DNA of 64,000 bases. It comes from Chiloscyllium plagiosum. Lineage: Eukaryota. The notes below the pieces were generated by a model, which saw only the letters and a list, made by a program, of their open reading frames with translations, did no database searches and was not told where the DNA came from. Below, piece after piece: positions 12,251-23,944 of the stretch. Each line of letters starts with the position of its first letter. The stretch's first letter is position 1. The stretch is taken from the NCBI RefSeq assembly GCF_004010195.1, contig NC_057750.1, positions 15,688,545 to 15,752,544 of the forward strand, given 5' to 3'. A program made the translations under genes and the position numbers.

Positions 12251-14540
12251 ACAAATTCCCAACCTCTGATCTGCTCTTGTACTAACCGGATTTATATGGC
12301 TGGTCTAATTAAATTTTTGATCAATGGTGATCCCTAGGATATTCATAGTGGGTGGTTCTGTGATGGTAATGCCATTGACTGTCAAGGGATAGTGGTTAGA
12401 TTGTCACTTGTGGTCATTGCCTGGAGTTGGTGTAGTCTGTATGTTGCTTTCCACTTTTCAGCCCAGGCTGGATATTTTCCAGATCTTGTTGCATTTGGTC
12501 AAAGACTGCTTCAGTGTCTGAGTCATCGCAAATGGTGCTGAACATTGCGCAATCATCGGTGAACATCCCCACTTCTGACCTTATGGTGGAGGGAAGGTCA
12601 TTGCTGATGATATTTGGCCCTCGGACGCTACCATGAGGAACTCTTGCAGAGATGTCCTAGAGCTGAGATGACTGACCTCCAATAACCATAACCATCTGTG
12701 CCAGGCATGATTCCAACCACTGGAGAATTTGATCCTTGATACCCATTGAAATCAGTTTTGCTCAGGCTCATTGATGCCACATTCAGTCAAATTCAGCCTT
12801 GATGTCAAAGGGTGTCCCTCTCACCTCCCCTATGGAATTCAGCTCTTTTGTCCATGTTTGAACCAAAGCTGTAATGAGGTCAGGAGCTAAGCGGCCCTGG
12901 CGGAACCAGATTTTGTCGTAAAGTGTGAGTTTATTTTTGCCAAGTTGTCTGAACTGCATCAACACAAGGAAAACAAAGTTCAGAAGCTGGTCTCCCACAG
13001 ACACATAATGAATTATTCTGAGTTTGGAATCTCACACAGCCAAATTTAAAATGAAGTCATTGTTGAGGAGCTTCCATCCTGCCTAATCTCAGGAGTCATT
13101 ACCACTTCTGAGAACAAGCAGGAAAGGCTCCGTCAATGCCAGTGCGGGCTAAAATTAGCACCAATCGGTGATGTTTAATCGCAGTAGGATTTCGCTGAGA
13201 AAGCATTTTACTGGGAGGCACTGTGCACTGACCAGGAAGCAGGGCCTCAGTCCCCTGCAGAGTGGACATCTTCTCTTAAACATTTAATTACTATCTGTAC
13301 TCTTCATTATCCCTTGACCCTCACCTGGAATGCTGGCTGTTGCTTGGATATAGGTTCTGTGGACCCTACAGCTCTCACAATTGGCCAAACTTCCCTTGTG
13401 AGTCTACAGAAAGAACTCCTATGACGATTCCACCACCACAGTGGCATCATGCTCAATTCTGCTCTCACCCAGTGTCAACATGCCTGATCCTATTAGATCA
13501 GGGTCAGAGAGTCATAGAGTCATACAGCACTGAAGAGGCCCTTCAGCCCATCAGGTCTGCATCAACCTATCTATGCTAGTCCCACTAGCCTATAGCCTTG
13601 ACTGTTATGATATTTCAAGTACTTGTGCACATATTTTCGAAAGGTTTTGGGGTTTCCCACCTCAACTACCCTCTCAGGCTGTGCGTTTCAGACTTCCACC
13701 ATCTTTTGGGTGAAATCTTTTTTCTGAATCACATTGGTGATTCTGTGAAGGGAGGCAGGTTGGGAGGAAGCTCCAGTGGAACACAAGCTGTTTATAAAGT
13801 CTGACTGGTCTGTTTCTGACCAGTATTTGCAAAACTGAATTATCCGCTTTCTGGGCAAGAGAGATTGATCAAACGTCGTAAACAATGTTCACACTGATTA
13901 GTTATGGATTAATTCCTAGATTAAATGCGCTGTAGGAACTTTCATGGACAAATAATTTTTCAATGGAGCAGCTTAATGATGAACATCAAGATGCCACTTT
14001 AATGAAATTGATGTTGGGAATGGCAGAAATATTTTGACAATGAGTGGAAATTGACAATTGTCAGCCCCTCTCTTCCTTGCCACATTTGGCTCATATGGAG
14101 ATATAACATTCGGAAGTTGTTAGTCTTCCCATAAAACAGCCCCGAGTAAGCAGGTCAACCTTCTTACCTCAGTACAAGGAATATGTGCTTTCAGTCCAGG
14201 AATGATGTGTTGGACACGGCAGAACTGCAATAGTTTGCTCGGGCTTACTGGTATCAAGTGTAAGGGAAATTCACTCGCAGTTATTTCGCAAAAGCTGCTC
14301 TCTACAGTTACATTGTGAGATGGGGAGGTAGCTCTGACTAGAGTTGTTGTCGGAGGTGTTGCCATTCTTGATCCACATTTGTGCCGATGTTCCTCAGGCT
14401 CTGGGAGCCTTGGGCAACAGCACCTAGAACCTGGCTTGGTAACAATGGCCCCATTATTACACCCTAAAGCTTCTATTGTTGGATACCAGTTGGCTGATCT
14501 TCAACTGAGGCAGAGGGCGAAGGCCAGAAGACTACTGAAA

Positions 14541-15057
14541 ATGTCTGTCATCCATTCTGAAACAGACACCTATGACATTATTCAGATTCTGGGCAAAGGG
14601 ACATTTGGCGAGGTGGCAAAGTGCTGGAAGAGGAGCACCGGCCATTTTGTTGCCATCAAGATCCTCAAAAGTGACTCATACCGAGCTCGTATCATCAAAA
14701 ACGAATTAAAAATGTTAAGAGTACTGGGGTCAGTGGACCCTGATCAATACCACTTCATCCGATTCTATGAGTGTTTCCATGATGACGTAAAGTCATACTT
14801 GGTGTTTGAGCTCATGGAACAGAACATATTTGAGTTCCAGAAGGAGAACAACTTTGCCCTTCTCCCAGCCAGGCACATACGGACAATTACCACCCAGGTC
14901 CTGAGGGCACTCCAGAAACTTAAGGACCTGTCAATCATCCACGCTGACCTCAAACCAGAGAATATCATGATCATTGACCAGAAGCGATTTCCTTTCCGTG
15001 TGAAAGTGATCGACTTTGGATCCGCAAGCATATTTCATGAGGTGCGGTATGTTAAAG
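14541..15057 (+). CDS. HIPK4: Homeodomain-interacting protein kinase 4, first coding exon (kinase N-lobe to DFG)
   Basis: MSVIHSETDTYDIIQILGKGTFGEVAK...HADLKPEN...IDFGSASIFHEVRYVK matches the HIPK4 N-terminus. Donor G|GTAGGA is phase 1. An upstream in-frame ATG lies at 14445. Confidence 0.95.
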
Positions 15058-15799
15058 GTAGGAGTACGTGCTAGCTCCCTATTTATTGACCTTTGGCTGT
15101 GCCTGAGTGAGCTCCCAACCTGATGGTTATCAGACTTACAGTGCCAGCCCATGACGCTGTGCGCAGATCTAAAGAAGAATTTCCAAATGTCTTCCAACAA
15201 CAACAATGGTAGCATTTATACAGTACCTTTAATGCAGTGCAGTGTTCCAAGTCAGCTTCATGGGAACATTATCAGACACTGAGACACATCTTTATTAGGA
15301 TAGGTGCCCAAATAGTCAGTCAAAGGGGGAGGAACATCTGAGAGGAAGATAGACCAAGGGGTTTAGGGAGAGAATTCCAGACTTTAAGGCCCCAGGCAGC
15401 TGATAGTGTGTCCTTTCGTGGTGGAGCAATTAAAATGTACAAGAGGCTAGAATCAGAAGAAATCAAGGAGGGTTGTAGAGATCTGGAGGTTATAGAGTTA
15501 GGGAGGGGGCAAGGTGTGGAGAGATTTGAAAACAAGGATGAAAATATAGAATTTCAAAACTGAGCAGCTTCAAGTATCCTCCTTTTTGAAGTCAAAACGC
15601 ATTGCATCTCTCATTCTCTTCATTCCTATAATCCCTTTCTTCCTGTAACCCACTGATCTTTAAAACTGAACCTTGGCATCATCCCATTGTTCCAGTTTGA
15701 CGTGCCTTACCTTTTCACTTCAGATGAGACATAATCTAGTAGTTTGCATCTTGACTAATAAGAGGTTTAACAAAGGGGTTTTCCTTCACAGACTCAGAG

Positions 15800-16385
15800 A
15801 ATCGTCACAGTACAGAAGGAAGCCATTTGGCCCATCTTGCCTGCACTGATTCATTAAATGGGCGTCATTACAGAATGCCAATCTCATACCTTTTCCCCAA
15901 ATACTTCCACATTACTTTCATCCATTGAATCATCTAATGGCCCTCTTGAATGCCTCAATTGAACCTGCCTCCTCCACATTTCCAGGCAGTGCATTGCATA
16001 CCCTAACAGCTCGCTGTGTGAAACAGCTTGTCCTCGTGTAACCCTTGCTTTGTTTGGAGATCATTTTATATCTATGCCCTCTTGTTCCTTTTCCTTTTAC
16101 AAGCAGGAACCGTTTCTTCCTATCTGCTCTATCCAACCTTCTCATGATTTTGAAAACCTCTATCAGATCTCCTCAATCTTCTGTCCAAGAGCAGTCCCAC
16201 TTTTTCAATCTATCCTCATCACTGAAGTTCCTCATTGCTCGAACCATTCTTGTAAATCATTTCTGCACTCTCTCCAATGCATTCACATCTTTCCTATAAT
16301 GTGATGCCCACAACTCTACGCAATACTCCAGCTGAGGTCTAACAAGTGTTTTATATTAATTCAACATCATCTCCCTGCTCTTATT
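15800..16385 (-). mobile_element. CR1 LINE 3' fragment
   Basis: The minus ORF has TRGHRYK...FTQRAVRVCNALP...IEAFKR, the CR1 C-terminus. Confidence 0.8.
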
Positions 16386-17259
16386 GATGAAGCCAATGAA
16401 AGGGTTTGATTGAATAAACAGTGAGACTATATTCATCTGTTAGGGAGTTACTGAAAAGAAGTCACAAGTTAAATTTGTCATTGAGAAACAGTAAAGCATA
16501 AGACCAGAGGACAAAGGGGCAGAAGTAGGCCATTCAGACTGTATTGACATTCAATGAGTAGATTAAATCTCCTTCCATAACCAGGCAACGGAACATGTAA
16601 TACATGCAGCAAGTGGTTGGGAAAGACCAGTGCATATGTTAAATCAGAAAAATAGAAAGGGAAGAGGATGGGGCATGTAATTAGTATTGGATTGAGACAG
16701 AACTTTTTGGGGGACAGAGAAGCCAGCTTGTGTTTGAGATGATGCCAAGGTAGGGAGTGTGGACAATGAGAGCACAGGGAAGTGCGATTGATTTGGGAAT
16801 AATACTCGGCTCAGGGAGAGAGAAGGACAGTGCCATTTGTTTTGGATTGTTTTGCAAAGAGGCAGTCAGACACAATGGGCTGAGGGATCTTCTTCAACAT
16901 TGTGACCATCATGTGCTGATTGGATGGATGGGTTTGCACTGGTAGACTCTCGATTTGACAGAGACACTGGAGGCTGGAGTCTGTAATGTCAATGTTGGCT
17001 TTGAACCATCATCATGCGCTGTGCTGTTTCCAAGCTTCCAGAGAGATTCTCTTTTTTTCTCCTGGGCATGGAGGGACTACACACTACGCTGTTAGAGGCT
17101 GCCCTGTCTCGCGGGTTGTGGCTGTTCAGTCTCCCGTATTGCTAGCTGATCCTTAGAAGAGTAAGACTCTTTTGCTCTTGAGAAACATTGTATGGAATAC
17201 ACAAAGAAAGCAAAGAATTGCAGATGCTGGCAATCTGAGAACCAAAGACAGGAACGGTG

Positions 17260-18537
17260 TCTAATTAAAGGGTGTGTAACTTGCATTTTTTAAAGGGACA
17301 GACATCGAATGTGTGCTATTTAAGGGACAAGAACCTAACTTACAGTATTTAAAGGGACAGACACCAAACTCACACTATTTAAAGAACAGGGATCTAACTT
17401 GTGCTATTTAAAGGGACAGACCTCTAACATGCACTGTTTAATGGGAAGGGTACCCAACTTGGGTTATTTAAAGGGACAGCTATGTAACTTGCAGAATTTA
17501 AAGTGGCAGGCATCTAACTGGTGTTATTTAAAGGGACAGGAATTGAACTGAAACTAGCTTATGGGAAGAACATCCTACATGCAGTATTTAAAGGGATAGG
17601 TATCTAACTTGCTCTTTTTAATGGGACAGTCATCAAACTTGTACTATTTAAAGGAATGGGAATCTAATAGATGCCATTTAAAGGGACAGACATTTAACTC
17701 ACACTATTTAAAGGTATGGGAATCAACCCTGTGCTATTTACAGTGATGGCTATACAACGGCTGCTCTTTAAAAGGACCAGCATCTAAATGGCGATGGGTA
17801 TCTAACTTGCACTATCTAAAGGGATGGGTATCAAACTGGTGCTATTAAAGGGACAGGCATCTAACATGTGCTATTTAAAGTGACAGGCATTTTAATTACT
17901 CCACCACTACAGGCATCTAACTTGTACTATACAAAGGGAGCAGGAAAGTCCCTAATGCTATTTAAAGGGACAGGCATCTATCATTTTTAAAGGTACAGGA
18001 TTCCAACTTGCGCTTTTTAAAGTGATGGGCATACAACTCACACTATTTAAAAGGGACAGGCATCTAATCAACACTATTTAAAGGGACAGGCATGTAACTT
18101 GAGCAATTTAAAGTGAAAGTTATCTAACTTTTGCTATTTAAAGGGATGGGTATCTAACCTTTGTTGTTTACAAGAACAATCTTGTAATATGTGCTATTTA
18201 AAGGGGCAGGCATCTTACTCCCACTATTTAAATTATGGGAATCTAATTAACGCTATTTAAGGGGGTAAGTATATAAACTGTTCTACTTAAAGTGAAGTAC
18301 ATTCAACTTGCATTATTTAAAGGGACAGGCATTTAATTTGTGTTATTTAAAGGGAAGGTATGTAACATCTATTGATTAAAAGGATGGCACCTAACTTGAG
18401 CCAATTAAATGGAGGGGCATCTAACTTGCACAATTTAAATAAACAGGCATCTAACTTGCACTATTTAAAGGAACAAAAATGTACATTGTACTATTTAAAA
18501 GGACAGGTACCTAACTTCCATTTAAATGGTCAGGCAT
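17260..18537 (+). repeat. 30-bp degenerate minisatellite, block 1 (~42 units)
   Basis: Consensus is about TATTTAAAGGGACAGGCATCTAACTTGCAC. The AAAGGGAC core recurs at about 30-nt spacing (near 17291, 17321, 17351, 17381, 17411). Confidence 0.9.
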
Positions 18538-19560
18538 GGGGTCCAAAACTGCTCACAGTGTTCCAAATGCGGTCTGATCAGAGCCTGGTACAGCCTCAGC
18601 AGTACATCTCTGCTCTTGTACTCCAACTCTCTTGAAATGAATGCCAATAATATATTTGCCTTCCTAACTGCCAACAAAACCTGCATGTTAATCTTAACAG
18701 AATCCTGAACTAGTGCTGCTAAGTCCCACTGTGTTTTAGATTTCCAAAGTCTTTCCCCAGTTAGAAAGTAGCCTATCCCTCTAAATTTTCATTCACCTAT
18801 TTTTCCTAATCAACCTGTTCAAAGATGTTATTAAACACTTCTGGAGAGGTGGATCTTAAAACTGGGCCTTCTAGATCTGGCGGTAGGGGGAGGCACTACC
18901 ACTGTGACACAAGATTCACAGATACGTAGAATTCATAGAGCGCAGAAAAGCTCCTCGGCCCATCAAGTCTGCACTGACATAACTACCAGTAAAAGTGCGC
19001 TAATCCCAATTTCCTGCAATTATCCGATATCCTTGAATATGATATTTGAAGTACTTATTGAATTTTTTTTTTAAATTTGTAAGGTTTCCAGTTTCCACTA
19101 CCTTCCCAGGTACAACATTTCAGATTCCCACCACCTGCTGAGTGAAAAAGATTTTTCCCAAATCTCAACTGAATCTCCTGCCTCTTACCCTAAAACTATG
19201 CTCCCTAGTGATTGACCCCTCAACCAAGGGGAATAGCTGCTCTCTATTTACTCTGTCCACACCCCTGTCAATCTTGTACACCTCAAGCATGATCCTCTCT
19301 GAGTCTTCTCTGCTCTAAAGAAAACAGTCCAAGCCTTATAGCTCAATTTCTCCATCCCAGTCAACATCTTGATGAACCTCCTTTGTACCCCATCTAGTTC
19401 TATCATATCCTTCCAGTCGGGACGTGACCAAAACTACACACAGTACTCCAGCTGTGGCCTGACCAATGCACTGTACAACTCCAACATTATCTCCTTGCTC
19501 TTATTCTCTATGCCACATCTGATGAAAACAAATGTCACATGTGGCTTCGTAACTATCCTA
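18530..19560 (-). mobile_element. CR1 LINE fragments plus a short SINE
   Basis: CCAAAACTGCTCACAGTGTTCCAAATGCGGTCTG and GACCAAAACTACACACAGTACTCCAGCTGTGGCCTGACC are the reverse complement of the CR1 VRP(H/Q)LEYC region. Confidence 0.75.
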
Positions 19561-20389
19561 GCATGTGCTCTGCCAATTTCAGTACATCAGGGTAAGAGAA
19601 CAGAATGCAGAATGTAGTGTTACGCCTACAGAAAAGATGCAGAGGAAGATCAATTCTAATATTTGTGAGATCAGTTCATAAGTCTGATAACAGCAGGGAA
19701 GAGGCTTTTCTTAAATCTGTTTACGTGGTGTTTTCAAACTTTTCTATCATCGGCCCAATGGAAGAAGGTGGAAGAGAGCAAAACTGGGATGGGAGGGGTT
19801 TTTGATTATGTTGGCTGCTTTCCCGGGTCAGTGGGATGTATAGATGGAGTCAATGGAAGGAACACTGGATTTTGTGACAGACTGGGCTGTAGTCACAACT
19901 CTCTGTAATTTCTTGTGGTCTTGGGCAAAGCAGTTACCATACCAAGCTGTGATGCATTCGGATAGAATGCTGTCTATGGTGCATCTATAAAAATCAGTAA
20001 GATCCATTGTGGAAATGCCAAATTTCCTTAGCCTTCTGAAGAAGTAGAATCATTGGTGTGTGCTGTAGCATTGACATGGATGGAACCTCAGTACGTAGTG
20101 ACACTTGGTGTTTGAGTACTGGAAATCCATGCACAGCTTGAGGCAGCCACACGCAGAGGTGGCCATCAGGGTGAGGGTAGCGTTGGGTGTGTTTTTTTTC
20201 CCCTTTGTCCAGGTCTTTGTCCATGGTGTCCCTTCGGAAGTGAAGTGGAAGATGGCCGAGGTGACTACAGCGGCACAGGTTTGGGGAATAGGCCAGACCT
20301 GCATTATGTACAACAACACTGAGAGTACCACACCTGATGATAAGGTTTTTACCCGCCATGGAGAATGACCTCGCTCTTGCCTCAATTTG

Positions 20390-21327
20390 GTAAAAAACAA
20401 GGACTGCAGATGCTGGAACAGACTGGAACAGTTGGAGTTGTACAGTGCACAGCCACATTTGCTTTCTCAGTGCCTGCCTCCGTAACCAACTCATCCCACA
20501 CAGACTTTGGACCACCTTTAAACCAGCAGAGTTCGGATCCGAACAGGACAAACAGTACAGACTACAGATTCAAAAACACCAGCAATGGTTCTCCTTCACG
20601 ATCCTCTGCTCCACGCTTGCAGCAATAGAGAGGCACCTAACCTCTCTACAGTCAGCCCTGCCTCAGCTGAGGGCCACACTCTCTCAGAATTGCAAAGGAC
20701 TCCTTCTGTACTATATTCTCAGGAGAATTCATACTCTCAACAAACAGTATTTCAACACCATCTCAAACGTCAAAAACTGTAAGTACAACAAACTTTTATC
20801 TACCCACCTCCATAACCAGCAGTCTTCAAACATTCCAGAAGATTCCCCTGGCCTCTGGAACTGCTCAGACACCATTAGCCATGCGGCTGGTGCAGCTACC
20901 ATCCCCACAGTGATCGATGACATCACTTCCGCCCCCATCATGGGCGCTTCCACAGGCACTGCCGCCCCTCACAATTCCTCATGCACCACACTTTCGCCCC
21001 TCACATCATTGCTGACATCACATGATCAGTGACTTCTGCCCCCCCCAACTGTCGTGTTCGCCACCACTTCCGCCCCCCACCGCCACTCCCAGCCCTGCTG
21101 AGTTTTCACCATTCCCCCAGACCGCCACCTCACTGAGGATGAATGATCAGTCCTCAGCAAAGCCTCACCTTCATCCCCCTCCGCCCAAGCATCAATGAAT
21201 TTAATACACGCCGTGACGTCAGGCCTCTATTCCTGATGAAGGGCTTTTGCCCAAAACGTCGATTTTCCTGCTCCTCGGATGCTGCCTGAACTGCTGTGCT
21301 TTTCCAGCACCACTCTAATCTAGAATC
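20390..21327 (+). mobile_element. Penelope-like element fragment (ORF 5' region plus terminal repeat with a mutated hammerhead)
   Basis: ORF 20445-21032 begins HSHICFLSACLRNQLIP, like PLE ORF N-termini. It ends with CCTGATGAAGGGCTTTTGCCCAAAACGTC and the family-1 tail. Confidence 0.7.
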
Positions 21328-21934
21328 TTGCCTCAATTTACCTTAGCCCCCGAGGCCAGTTCAAACTGGTCGCAGATGCACATTTGTCTGTGCACTGATA
21401 GCAAATCTGAGCAGAAAATGGCGACGTTGTCCATGTACAGGAAGGCCTTAACCTGTAGGACCCCGCTGCCAGGAATAGTCACTCCTCTCAGGCTCACATC
21501 TTTCCTGATGGACTCAGCAAATGGCTCTATACAGCACACAAACAAGGGAGGGGGAGAGTGGGCAGCCCTGCCTGACTCCAGATCTGATTGAAAAGCTTTC
21601 TGATTCCACCCGTTAACTGAAACTACACTAACAGCCAGATCCAATTGCAGATTCTGGCCCCAAAGCCCATTTAAAGAGCATATCCCACATATAGGTGTGC
21701 GATATCATGCCGAAGGCTTTCCCCTGGTCCAGGGTGATGAGGCAAGTATATAGCCTGCTGTCCTGCATGTTGGTGATTATATTCCTGAGGAGACTGAGAC
21801 TCAGCAATCTTCCTGCCTGGTACAGCACAAGTTTGGTTGGGGTGAATCACCAATCCCAGAGCAGACCTGACCTAGTTGGCAATGACCTTTGAAAAGACTT
21901 TGTAATCCACATTTCTAATTTCCTCCCTCTATCC

Positions 21935-22555
21935 CTTGTTGCAGTTTAATGTGGATAAATGTATGGTTATCCACTTTGGTGGCAAGAACAGGAAGGCAGA
22001 TTACTACCTAAATGGAATCAATTTAGGTAAAGGGGCAGTACAGAGAGATCTGGGTGTTCTTGTACACCAGTCAATGAAGGTAAGCATGCAGGTACAGCAG
22101 GTAGTGTAGAAGGCTAATAGCATGCTGGCCTTCATAACAAGAGGATTGAGTATAGAAGCAAAGAGGTTCTTCTGCAGCTGTACAGGGCCCTGGTGAGACC
22201 ACATCTGGAGTACTGTGTGCAGTTCTGGTCTCCAAATTTGAGGAAAGACATTCTGGCTATTGAGGGAGTGCAGCGTAGGTTCACGAGGTCAATTCCTGGA
22301 ATGGTGGGATTACCTTACACTGAAAGACTGGAGCGACTGGGCTTGTATTCCCTTGAGTTTAGAAGACTGAGAGGGGATCTGATTGGGACATATAAGATTA
22401 TTAAAGGATTGGACACTCTGGAGGCAGGAAACATGTTTCCGCTGATGGGTGAGTGCCGAACCAGAGGACACAGCTTAAAAATACAGGGTAGACCATTTAG
22501 GACAGAGATGAGGAGAAACTTCTTAACCCAGAGAGTGGTGGCTGTGTGGAATTCT
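21935..22555 (+). mobile_element. CR1 LINE ORF2 fragment
   Basis: RPHLEYCVQFWSP...IEGVQRRFTR...SLEFRRLRGDLI...TRGHSLKI. Confidence 0.9.
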
Positions 22556-23797
22556 GATGATGGCCATCCTTCCACCCCTCTTCGCCATCAGAGGAGCTGT
22601 TAGTGTCATTCTCATGTAGCTGTCTCTATCTGCTTTGCTGTGAGGCTCTAGGGGCCTGCCGGGTTTTAATTTTCTTGTTGTATTTCACTGGTATCCACTC
22701 CCCACCCCTCATTCATTTCATCCTCCTTCATTGACTCTGTCTGCTCAGCTGGAGCTTGGGTCGGTTGCTGTACCTGTGCCGGCTACCATCTGTTCCACTC
22801 CAGCCTGTCTTTCTTTCTGGGTGCCTCTTGTCTCAGTTCCCTTACTGGATGGTGGTGCCTTGCTGATCTTTGAGGCTCCATGGCTCACAATGCCACCTCT
22901 GGCCATCTGAACGCAAGTGCCCCTCACTCCACCATCTTGGCCAGGCATTGTACATGTGGCCCACTTCCCCTGCACAGGTTACAGCTTTTAGACTCCTTAC
23001 AGTCATTGGTCAGGTGACCTTCCTGTTTGCAGTTCCTACACGGTCACCTTACAGTCTGCTGCCATGTACCCTGCCTTCCATTCTGCATACCCTAGGCTGC
23101 CCTTCATACTTCAGGTAGCCTCTTCCCTCCAATCACGAAGCTGGAGTGTGGGTGGAGGATGTTCCCTCTGGCTTCCACCATCAGGGTCACATTGACCTCC
23201 TGGTCCAGATTCTAAAAGGGTCTGCGACACCCATGCTGTCTCCTTCAAGCTGCATGTACCTTCCAAGGAAGGTCAGGACACCTACTGCTGGGATGTGGGG
23301 GTTGTACATATGAATTGTAACAACCCAACTCCTCTGTGCAGGGAGGACACGCAATGGCACCACAGTCAGGATGGAAAAGAGAGCCTCATGTTCTTTCTCT
23401 TCAAATACTTTCAGGAGACACTCACATCACTTCACACGCCTGAAGGACACATCAAAATATCCACCACCAGGGAAATCCTGGTGTCTGCTGCTTGGAACCC
23501 ACCGCAATCCAGTAAGATCCTCTGTGCAAAGAAGGTTTGACCTATGGGTGTGCCTTCTTCCATCTTCTTCACAATCACCCTGACTGTGTTCCGGACTCCC
23601 TGGCCTGGGTCAGGGGTGCTTGCTGAGGCCATAGCTCCAGGTTGGCTTTTCCCTTAATTGGCATCAGGCCAAAGCCAGTATGAAGATCCACCAAGAGCAG
23701 GTCAGCTCAATCAAGGATTCTCCAACATCCATTCATGATCGAGCAACGATCTCAATAGCTCAAATGACCCGCAATTCAACACCAAACTGATAAGAAT

Positions 23798-23890
23798 TTC
23801 CTGATGAAGGGCTTTTGCCCGAAATGTTGATTTTCCTGCTCCTCGGATGCTGCTTGACCTGCTGTGCTTTTCCAGCACCACACTCTTGAC
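23798..23890 (+). mobile_element. Short hammerhead-bearing Penelope tail insertion with an ~18-bp flanking duplication
   Basis: Flanked by ACACCAAACTGATAAGAA (about 23779-23796) and ACACCAACTGATAGGAA (about 23889-23905). Confidence 0.75.
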
Positions 23891-23893
23891 ACC

Positions 23894-23937
23894 AACTGAT
23901 AGGAACAGATACTACACTTGATCTTAGCCAAAAGGCC
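23894..23937 (-). pseudogene. U2 snRNA 5' fragment (about nt 11-54)
   Basis: The minus strand reads GGCCTTTTGGCTAAGATCAAGTGTAGTATCTGTTCCTATCAGTT, 43/44 identical to vertebrate U2 as I recall it, including the branch-point recognition sequence GTAGTA. Confidence 0.9.
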
Positions 23938-23944
23938 AGGAATC

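Larger units (their letters stand above)
11640..12905 (-). mobile_element. Old LINE (L2/CR1-group) RT remnant, interrupted at 11837-12253
   Basis: The minus ORF contains APDLITALVQTWTKELNSIGEVRGTPFDIKAEFD (RT motif like DIKAAFD). The host sequence resumes after the insertion (GCAGAATT / AATTCCCAACCTCTG). Confidence 0.7.
20085..23937 (-). mobile_element. Tx1-clade LINE (possibly Keno-like), degraded, interrupted by Penelope and CR1 insertions
   Basis: ORF1 start MASASTPDPGQGVRNTVRVIVK..RILLDCGGFQAAD at 23632; RT remnants IHPNQTCAVPGRKIAES, LDQGKAF, GVTIPGSG..LYMDNV at 21330-21890; ORF2 C-terminal remnant at 20085-20390; U2 fragment at the 5' end. Confidence 0.75.
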
